This document shows positions 1-8,400 of a DNA stretch of 64,000 nucleotides, piece after piece. Source of the DNA: Micrococcales bacterium 72-143. Its GTDB lineage: Bacteria > Actinomycetota > Actinomycetes > Actinomycetales > Microbacteriaceae. The notes below the pieces were generated by a model. It saw only the letters and a program-made list of their open reading frames with translations, did no database searches and was not told the DNA's origin. The position numbers and the translations under genes are program-made. Position 1 is the first letter of the stretch. Each line of letters begins with the position of its first letter. The stretch is from the NCBI GenBank assembly GCA_001898835.1, contig MKVM01000001.1:625615-689614 (forward strand), given 5' to 3'.

Positions 1-526
1 TTCCGCTACCCTCCAAATCAACCGCAGCTGCCCAGCGGAAAAAGGGCTCCACTTCAGGAGACCGCGTATCTTCTACCCACGACGCAACGCCTAGAGCATA
101 GATGCCAACGTTCTCGGGGTTGACGACGTCATTGACCGTGAAGTCTGCGAAATACAACCAGTAGTCGTTCCCACTAGCAGATACCTTGTAGTAGGCGAGC
201 AAGAGTTCGGATTTCTTGCCATGCGAAGCCGCATCCTTAGAATTGACGGTGTTCTCTTGCCATGTTATTTCGCCGCTCGGGAAGAACGAGAGAACGTAGT
301 CCAGGCCTTCATCGATCGCCGTTGCACGATCCAGCGCGTAGGGCGAGAACATGCCTTTCAGCGCGGCAGCATCGTGGCTCTTCAACGCGTCGGCGATCTG
401 CACCATCCGGGCCTCCGCCTTTCCATAGTCATCGTCGCGGAGACCGACCCTCCCGGGCAGAAGAGCACACGACGAAAGAAGCGCGGCAGCACCGAGCAGA
501 ACCACCACGGAAAGCAACCTCCTCAT
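1..526 (-). CDS. Lipoprotein paralogous to the rhs-linked immunity candidate; 3' end lies beyond the window edge
   Basis: Hand translation from ATG 526-524: MRRLLSVVVLLGAAALLSSC(lipobox)ALLPGRVGLRDDDYGKAEARMVQIADALKSHDAAALKGMFSPYALDRATAIDEGLDYVLSFFPSGEITW... It stays open for 175 codons to position 1. About 50% identical by eye to domain 1 of the 1463..2485 product. Absent from the ORF track because no stop lies in the window. Confidence 0.75.
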   Translation of the reverse strand, partial: MRRLLSVVVLLGAAALLSSCALLPGRVGLRDDDYGKAEARMVQIADALKSHDAAALKGMFSPYALDRATAIDEGLDYVLSFFPSGEITWQENTVNSKDAASHGKKSELLLAYYKVSASGNDYWLYFADFTVNDVVNPENVGIYALGVASWVEDTRSPEVEPFFRWAAAVDLEGSG

Positions 527-789
527 CGGGTTCCCTTCTTCGTCTTCCTTCTGAATCGCAGCGTCGCTGTCCGCGTATCGGGGTAGAACTCCCAAACGCG
601 ATCGTGACTCGCAGCACTGTTGTAAAAAGCTTCGTACATACCGTCGTTGGGAAATGTGATCGTGTACTCGACGGAGAGATCGGCCGCGGCCGGGTTCTGA
701 ACTCTTGAGGCCCAGTGTGCTTGGTGGAATCTGTGTCCGTTGCCAGGTCTCGAGGAGTTCTTCGAGGCTCGCTTCCACTCCGCATCCCC
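523..789 (-). pseudogene. Orphan rhs C-terminal fragment (core stub plus toxin tail, no start codon)
   Basis: One frame is open from the TAG at 792-790 to the TGA at 525-523: GDAEWKRASKNSSRPGNGHRFHQAHWASRVQNPAAADLSVEYTITFPNDGMYEAFYNSAASHDRVWEFYPDTRTATLRFRRKTKKGTR*. The last 59 aa align with the Rhs C-terminus (VQDPALNDIHATFTVDFSGDTGMFEAFQNEW...TATLRYRRKKKVRR*). There is no ATG/GTG/TTG ahead of the homologous part. The stop overlaps the next ATG (ATGA). Confidence 0.7.
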
Positions 790-1462
790 CTACTCGGGAA
801 GGAACACACCGGGCGGGGTCGTAGCCGCCACATCGAACGAGTCGAGCCACGCGAACAACGCCCGCTCCTGGGGCGAGTCGCCCGCCTCCGTGCGCGGCGC
901 GGCACCCACCGCGTAGATGCCTTCGATGCTGGGATCGGCCTCGTCTATCGGGAAATAGGCAAACGCCACCCAGAAATCCTTCCCGCCCGAACTGACCGGA
1001 TAGCTCGACAGCATCAGCACCGTCTGAACGCTATCGTCGCCCTCCGTCTTGCGAATGGTCGGGTCGTTCTGCAACTTGTCCCAGGCGACCTCCCCATCCG
1101 GGATATAGGCGAGGAGCGCAGCTACCCGGTCTCTGAGCCCCGCCCCAAGGGTGTCGAGCACGTAAGCGGAGAACCTCTCCTGTAACCCGAGGTTATCCCC
1201 GGAGTCCAGTTCCTCAACAATCCCGGTCATCAGGAAAGTCCAAGCAGGGTCGACACCAGCCGGGCTTTGATAGAACGCTGCATACATCCGATCGTTCGGG
1301 AACCTGATCGAATCTTCGGCTGAGAGGGTGTCGGCGGATGGGTTCTGCGCTCTGGAAGACCATGCTCCCACCCATGCTTGCCGCGCCTTTGGGCGGGATG
1401 AAGCGCCTCGGGTATTGGGCCGCTTCTTGAAGCGCCCCGACAACCTTCCCCTCGGCATCCCA
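790..1462 (-). pseudogene. Chimeric orphan cassette: rhs core stub, toxin-tail remnant, and an immunity domain-2 paralog fused in frame
   Basis: 1445..1462 (WDAEGK) is identical to rhs 3760..3777 but lies in a different frame from the rest. AQNPSADTLSAEDSIRFPNDRMYAAFYQS (1264..1350, frame of track ORF 790..1578) matches the toxin tail. From PAGVDPAWTFLMTGIVEELD to TTPPGVFLPE* it parallels domain 2 of the 1463..2485 protein. There is no signal peptide. The N-terminal 70 aa of the track ORF are Arg/Ser/Pro junk overlapping the upstream gene. Confidence 0.65.
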
Positions 1463-1897
1463 CTACTCGGGAAGGAAGATACCCGGCGGGGTCGTGCCCG
1501 CGACGTCGAACGAGTCGAGCCAGGCGAACAACGCCTGTTCCTGGGGCGAGCCACCCGCCGCGGTACGCGGCGCGGCACCGACCGCGTAGATGCCCTCCAG
1601 GCTCGGATCGGCCTCGTTCACCGGGAAGTAGGCAAACGACACCCAGAAATCCTTCCCGCCCGAACTCACGGGGTACGTCGACAGCATCAACACCGCTTGA
1701 CCGCCACCCTCGCTCGTCGCCTGGCGAATCACCGGGCCGTCCGACAACGCTTCCCAGGCGACCTCACCGTCGGGGAACATCCCCAGGAGCGCATCGATCC
1801 CGCCCTTCAGCCCCGCCGCGGCTCTCGCCCGATCACCGAACCTCGCCTCGAACCCGACATCATCCCCGGAGTCCAGCTCCTCTACGATGCCTTCCAT
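790..1897 (-). repeat. Direct repeat: immunity domain-2 coding segment present twice (790..1230 and 1463..1897)
   Basis: Both copies begin ctactcgggaaggaa... on the plus strand. 53/60 nt are identical in the first 60 nt by my count. Similarity stays high for about 200-250 nt and then decays. Protein C-terminal halves are ~85-90% identical and N-terminal parts ~45%, judged by eye. Confidence 0.8.
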
Positions 1898-2485
1898 CAC
1901 CCAGGTCGATATCCGCGGATCGACGTAGTCGGGAACGTAGACGCCTGGGTAGGCCATCTCGAATTTCTCATCCACGCTCATCGCGCCCGCCCATGAGAAG
2001 AACAACTGCGCGGGGCCAACATCGAGGGTGTCCGTATACGGCGACACCCCCATCGCGTAGATTCCCGCGCGGTCGGCACTACCACCTTCATTCACCGTGA
2101 CGTCGGCGAAGAACATCGTGAACTGTCTCCCGCCTGCTTTCACAATGTAGTACGCCTGCAGCATGTCGGTCCTCGTCCCAAACGAGCGCTGCCCCTCAGA
2201 CCCGATGGTACGCAGTTTCCAGGTGACGCCGCCATCAGGGAAGAACGACAGAAGATATTCCAGGCCAGCATCGATATCGGCTGCTTTCCCCAACGCATAG
2301 GGCGAGAACATCCCCTTCAACGCGGCGACGTCCCGATCGTTCAGGGCCGCCCCGATCTGCTCCATTCGGGCGTTTGCCTTCTGATGGTCGTTATCGAAGA
2401 TAAGTCCCCTTCCCGGGATGAGCCCGCACGATGAAAGGAGCATGGCGCAGGCTAGTGCTAGTACCCCGAATCGCAGTCGTCTCAT
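1463..2485 (-). CDS. Two-domain lipoprotein, candidate Rhs immunity protein
   Basis: In track ORF 1463..2569, the internal ATG at 2485 overlaps the rhs stop (ATGA). MRRLRFGVLALACAMLLSSC gives a signal peptide plus lipobox. Two tandem homologous ~145-aa domains follow. The immunity role is inferred from position only. Confidence 0.85.
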   Translation of the reverse strand: MRRLRFGVLALACAMLLSSCGLIPGRGLIFDNDHQKANARMEQIGAALNDRDVAALKGMFSPYALGKAADIDAGLEYLLSFFPDGGVTWKLRTIGSEGQRSFGTRTDMLQAYYIVKAGGRQFTMFFADVTVNEGGSADRAGIYAMGVSPYTDTLDVGPAQLFFSWAGAMSVDEKFEMAYPGVYVPDYVDPRISTWVMEGIVEELDSGDDVGFEARFGDRARAAAGLKGGIDALLGMFPDGEVAWEALSDGPVIRQATSEGGGQAVLMLSTYPVSSGGKDFWVSFAYFPVNEADPSLEGIYAVGAAPRTAAGGSPQEQALFAWLDSFDVAGTTPPGIFLPE

Positions 2486-5400
2486 CGTCGGACCTTCTTC
2501 TTTCGCCTGTAGCGCAGAGTCGCGGTGTGGTTCTTCGTGTCGAAATTCCAATAACTGCTGTCGTGCCATTCATTCTGGAACGCTTCGAACATTCCGGTGT
2601 CTCCGGAGAAGTCGACGGTGAATGTGGCGTGGATGTCGTTCAAGGCCGGGTCTTGGACGGCAGGGACAAATGTCGTGCACCACCATTGTTTCTCGGCGGG
2701 GGAATAGGACCCGATCGTGGCCCCGCGATAGTCGAGGGTCATCGACATCGGCAGAGCGACATCCGGATCCGCTTGCCAGAAGAACCCCTTCTCGGACAAC
2801 GGATTGTCTTGCGAGTAGAGCCCCAGCTCAGCTCCCGTGCCCAGGTTCAGGTAGTCGCCCTTCCAAGCCCACAAGACGTAGCTCTTGTCGTTGTACTCGA
2901 ATTCGAACTTGTGGGGCTCCATCGAGGTCCCGAGGTCGAAGGCAACGTCGTATGTGTCGTTGTAGCCGACGTACTGCTGCCACCCGTACTTGTTCGAGTG
3001 GTAGGCGCCATCTGCGGCGCGATCGAACCCCCAGAAGTTGAACCATCCCACTCCGTCACCCGGGTGCTGAGTGAATTGGACGTATGGCGGATTTTGGACG
3101 ACCAGTTGCACAATGCCCCGGATCAGGGTCTTGAACGGGTCGAATTGCGCCTTGGGCGGTGGCTGCGGTCCGCTCTTGCCCTTGCCGAGCCCCTTGCTGC
3201 TGCCGTCATACCCGTCCAGTGGCTTCTGCCCTGAGGGATCGGAGCAGGTCACCGGGTTGTTCCACCCGTACTGGTATGCGTTCAGCTGCGCCGGAATGGC
3301 GGGATCCAGCACAGGATCAACACTCAGGAACACCCCGCTCGCGGGCTCGTAGTAGCGGGCCCCCAGCAACGACAGCGACGTGCTCTCATCACGGGTGAGA
3401 CCGAGGAAGCCCTTGTCACCCGGAACACCCGCATCCGACCCGTCACGCGCCCCGCCGAACGGGTCCGTGCGCACCACCCGGGCACTCCCGACACCCCAGT
3501 CCGTGTTCGGCACCGCCGCGACCACCGAACCCTGATGATCCACGACCAGAGAAGCAACCCCGCCCAAGCCGCGCGAGGTCCGCACCGCCACCAACTGCCC
3601 GCTGAACGTGTAGTACCGGGTCGCCGACACCACCCCCGCAGACGAGATCACCAACTCCTGCCCACCCGGGAGATACACCGTCGTGCCCGAAGCATCCGCC
3701 CGCACCGTCCGCCCACCCGACACGTCATACACGTACTCCGCACCATCGACGCCGACAAGCTTCCCCTCGGCATCCCACTGGTAGTCGGTAGTCGCCCCGC
3801 CCGTCGTCGACGAGGCGCGGTTGCCGGCGTCGTCGTAGGCGAAGCTCGTCGCCGTCGAAGATCCGCCCGTCGTCTTCACCGAGGACGCGAGCTGGTGCGG
3901 CCCGAAGCCGCTGCCGCCGTGCGTATAGGAAGTGGTGGTGTCGGATCCGCCGCCGACGGCGTGCTCGAGCATCTGGGTGCGGTTGCCGAGCGCGTCGTAC
4001 GCGTACTCAGTCCAGTACGGACTCGTCCCGCCGACATCGGCGGTCGTGAGCGCGGACTGCGCGACCCCGCAGTTCCCCACCGTCGACGACCACGCCACCG
4101 TCAGCCGGCTCAGGCCGTCATACCCGAAGCACTGGTTGTCCTGACCTGTGGCGAGCGGACTCGCCTGGTCGAAGATGCTCGTGACGTTGCCGGCCTGGTC
4201 GTACCCGTAGTTCAGAGACAATCCCAGACCGTGGTTCTGACGGGTGAGCGAGATGTTCGCCAACCGTTCAGTGCCGGTCTCGTACTGGAAGGTCACGTAG
4301 GCGCCGTAGGTGTTGCCCAGGTCGAGGCCGCTGACACGCCCGTCGGCACCCACCCGGCTCTCGGCGACGTAGGTTCCCCAGCCGAAACCGCCGCCCATCC
4401 ACGAAGGAACCGACGCCGCGTCGAATCGGGTCGTGACGGCCTCCGCGCCGAGCGCCTTCGTGCCCGAGTGCGAAACGATCGCGGGCAGCATGACGGAAGC
4501 GAGCTGGCCGTCAGCGGTGTAGCTGTACTTCGTCGTGAACGACAAAGCGGCGAGGGCGTCGGCGTACTCGGGGAGGTTCGGCAGGGTGAGGGTTGTCGCC
4601 AGTGTCCGGTAGGCCGCGTCGTAGCGATCGACCGAGGTCGTATACGCCGCGCCATCGACGAAGCGAGTGGTGGACGACAGCTGGCCCAGCACCGGGTCGT
4701 CGTTCTCATCCAGCGACTGGTCATACTGCCACTGCGCCCGGATGGTGCCATTCACGGTGTCATCACGCAGCGTGGTGGTGCGACCGAGGACGTCGTAGGT
4801 GTAGGCGAGCGTGTCGCCGTTGCCGTTGGTGCGGGTGACCACCCGGTCTGCTTCGTCGTAGCTGGTGGTGGTCGTGCCGCCGTCCGGGTCGTCGGATGCG
4901 ACGAGGCGCCCGCCCCAGTCGTAGTCGTAGGTCCAGATGTGGTTGGCCGAGTCCCGCATCTTGACCAGGCGACCGGCGACGTCGTACTCGTAGTTCGTGG
5001 CCTGGTGGGGAAGCGCGAGCACCTCGACCGGGGTGTCGGCTGCGGCGTCGAGGTCGGGATCGCGAAGGTACTCGGTCCGCGCCACAACCCGGCCGAGCGC
5101 GTCGACCGTCGAGCCCTGCGGAGCCTTCCCGAGCGGCGGGATGACGAGCGTGGTGTCGCCGTCGTAGGCGGTGACCGTGCGCCACCGCTCGTTCGCGGGG
5201 TTGGAGTCCGTGCCCACCCAGAAGATCTCGGCGACGACCCTGCCCGCGGCGTCATAGTCATAGGTGGTCAGCGACGGCGGCACCGGGATCGGAACGATCG
5301 GGGTTGCGGTCGGCGCACCCTCTGCCCACCAGCGGCCGGCCTGACGCGCGACGCGGCCCGCCGAATCGTAGTAGGTGTGCGTCACCATGCGCCCACGGTC

Positions 5401-8400
5401 CGCGGCCGATGCATCGTGGCCGGCGCCGGCGTCACGGCCCGACGTTTGGGTCTGGAACACTCGCAACAGCCCGTCGTAGAGCGTGACGCTCACCAGTTGG
5501 CTGGACCCGTTCGCGGCGAGTGTCCTGGTGACCACCGAGTTGAGACCGTTCGGGTCGACGCGGTATTCGTACGCGACCGATGGCAGCGGAGTGCTCTGGT
5601 GCTGCGGGCGCCGCACGGTCAGCAGGCGGCCCAGCGCGTCGTAGCTTCCGGAGGTGACCAGACCGTTCGTATCGACGGTGGAGGTCACGAGACCTGTGAG
5701 CGGGTTCAGGTGGGTCACGGTCTGGAACCCCGACAGCGGACCCCACCCGTCCGGGTCGGGGCCGGTCGTGGTCACGGTCTGCGTGAGTCCGCCGGCGGCT
5801 TCCTGGTAGGCAGTCGTCGTGACGTTGCCGAACGGGTCCGATACCTCCAGCGGCCGACCACGGTCGTCGTAGGACAGCACACGGCTGACCAGGATGCTCC
5901 CCACCCCGTCCGCCGGGTCGAGGCGGTCGGTGCGCTCTACCCTGCCGAAGTCGTCATAGCTGGAGGTCGTGTCCGAGATCAGGTCTCCGGGGAGCGCGGG
6001 GCTGGTCCCGCATGCCACCGAGATCACCTGGGTCTCGGAGACCAGCGCGACCAGGTGCTTGGCGGCCAGCGTGCCATTGCTCGCCGCCGCGTAGGTCATC
6101 GTTGTGCAGGTATTGTCCGCGGAGGTCGTCAGGTCGCCGCGATCATCGACCGAGGAGACCTGGGAGTTCGCGTCGAAGCTGCGGGTCTGCCTGGTGTGGT
6201 GGGTCAGGGCTCCGGCCGCGTCGTAGCCGAACCCGTCGGTGGTCTGCGAGGGCAGGCGGGTCGATTTCACCCCCGCCGCGCTCGTGCCCGTCACGACGGG
6301 CACGCCGAAGGTGGTGACCGTGTCGGACACGGGGGTCACGCCGTTCAGCGTCGTGCTGACGAATACCTGGCCTTGGTACTCCTCCCGGTCGAGGGCCGAC
6401 ACGGTGGACCCGCTCGGGCCCGCGGTCAACGTGCCGCCAGTACCGCGGTAGTAGGTGGACCGCATGCTCGTGGCGTCGGCGCCGATGCCGATCGTGGTCG
6501 TGACCGTCTTCACGCCCCGGAAGTCCGAGTAGGTCACCTCGTCGGGCTTCACCATCGCGCCCGTGGGCTTGGCCCATGCCGCCCCGTCGCCGTAGCCGAA
6601 GGCGGTCACCTTCGCGACGGAACCCGTGATGAGCTCCTCCGACTCCTCCGCGACGGGCGCGGCACCGGATTCCACGATCGACTGGACGACCCACTTGTGG
6701 AAGTACTCGGTCAACGCGCTGCTCGTGCCGCCCGGGTACCACTTCACGGGGAAGCAGAGACGGGCGTTGGCGGCCTGGGCGGGTTCGGAGATGCCGGGGA
6801 CGTCACCGGGACCGCAGTCGGTCGCGTAGTTGACCGACACCTGGGCACCGGAGTCGGTGCGGATGCCGATCATCCTCGGTCGGAGGAGCGGCAGCACGAG
6901 CGCGTCGGTGGCGATCCGGTTCTCGAGGAAGTCGTACGTGAACAAGAACGGCGACCCCGTGATGTCGTCGCTCGTGGAGGCGGTTCCGCCCTTGCCGGTG
7001 TGCGTGACGGAGCGCAGCACGAGTGTCACGTTGCTCGCGTATGCGAGATCGACACCGGCTCCTTCGCCCTCGAACGTCTGGCCGAACACCCAGGCGTCGA
7101 CCGGAGCATAGGCGGCGCCGTCGTACGCGAACGTCGAGACCGCGCGGAGACGGGTGAGATCGAAGAACACCGGCGTGTAGCTTCCGCACTCGCCGGGGAC
7201 GCTCGAGGTGCACACCAGATCGGTCGGCGTGTCCAGCCAGTGGTTCTCGGACGTGGAGCTCTGCCCGTTCGAGCAGAAGGAGTTCGGCGCGGTGAGGTTC
7301 GTGATGCAGCGGGGGCCGTAGTCGAACACGACCTTCGCGGGCGCGTTGGCCACGTTCTCGGAGCCGACCCGGGTCCCGTACTCGATGCGGTCGACATGCC
7401 CACCGGAGACGTATGCGACGCTCGCCCCCGCGGTATTGCCGGTGACGTCGTAGATGTAGCGGTTGGTCTCGGCGTCGTAGAAGTAGCTCATAGAGTTGCC
7501 GGACACGTCCACGACGTAGTCGAGGTTCCACCGCCACACCTGCGTGCACGCCGAGTCGCTGAACGTCGCGTGGTAGCACGGCTCCCCGGGGTGGTTGCCG
7601 TAGACCGGCACCGTCCAGGCCGAGTTCAGAGCCGGGCCGTTGGCCGAGGTCTTCCCGCGGCCGAAGTAGTACCGGGTGCCGTCGGAGGTCGTCAGCTTCC
7701 AGTATTCATCGGCCTGCCCGGCGTTCCACGACGAGCCGGTGACCCGTTCGATGACGGAGCCGTCCTCGTTCTTGGGATGCCATTGCCCGGTGGGGGCATC
7801 GCGCACGAGTTCCACGGCGGTGCCGTTGAGCATCAACGTGGCGTTCTCGGCGCCCCAGCACAGGTCCCCGGTCACCCGGCCGATGTTGTTCGCCGCGCCC
7901 TCCTCGTCGCGAGAGCAGGGGGTGTAGCTTCGCTCCACATAGCCTTCGGTGAGGGCGAACCCCTCCCCGATCGTCCCGGACTGGTTGTTCGTGGAGGGCG
8001 TGCGACCGTCGATGCTTCCGGACGAGTAGGAGATCGTCAGTTCCGGCGCAGGACCCGCGGGCGCTGTCGGGACGCCGATCGGCAGCGACCAGGTGAAGGC
8101 GCCCGTAGAGCCCGCCGAGCCCCAGGTCGAGGATTGGGACAGGCTCGTGGCACCCCAATCGCCCTCCGAACCCGACGAATCCGCGGTGACGGCCAGCGAC
8201 CCTCCGCCGCCGGAACCCGAAGCCAGACGGCCCGGCGCCTGGCTCGTGCGCAGGGACGCGGGCCGCGCCCCGTCCGCGCTCGGCGCCACCGGCACGACCG
8301 CCGTCACCGTCTGCGTGGCGGGATCGTTCACGGTGTCCAGCGGCAGCGGGGTGCACGGCCCGCCGCCCGCGCACTCGGGAATCCAGACGAACCGGAGCCT

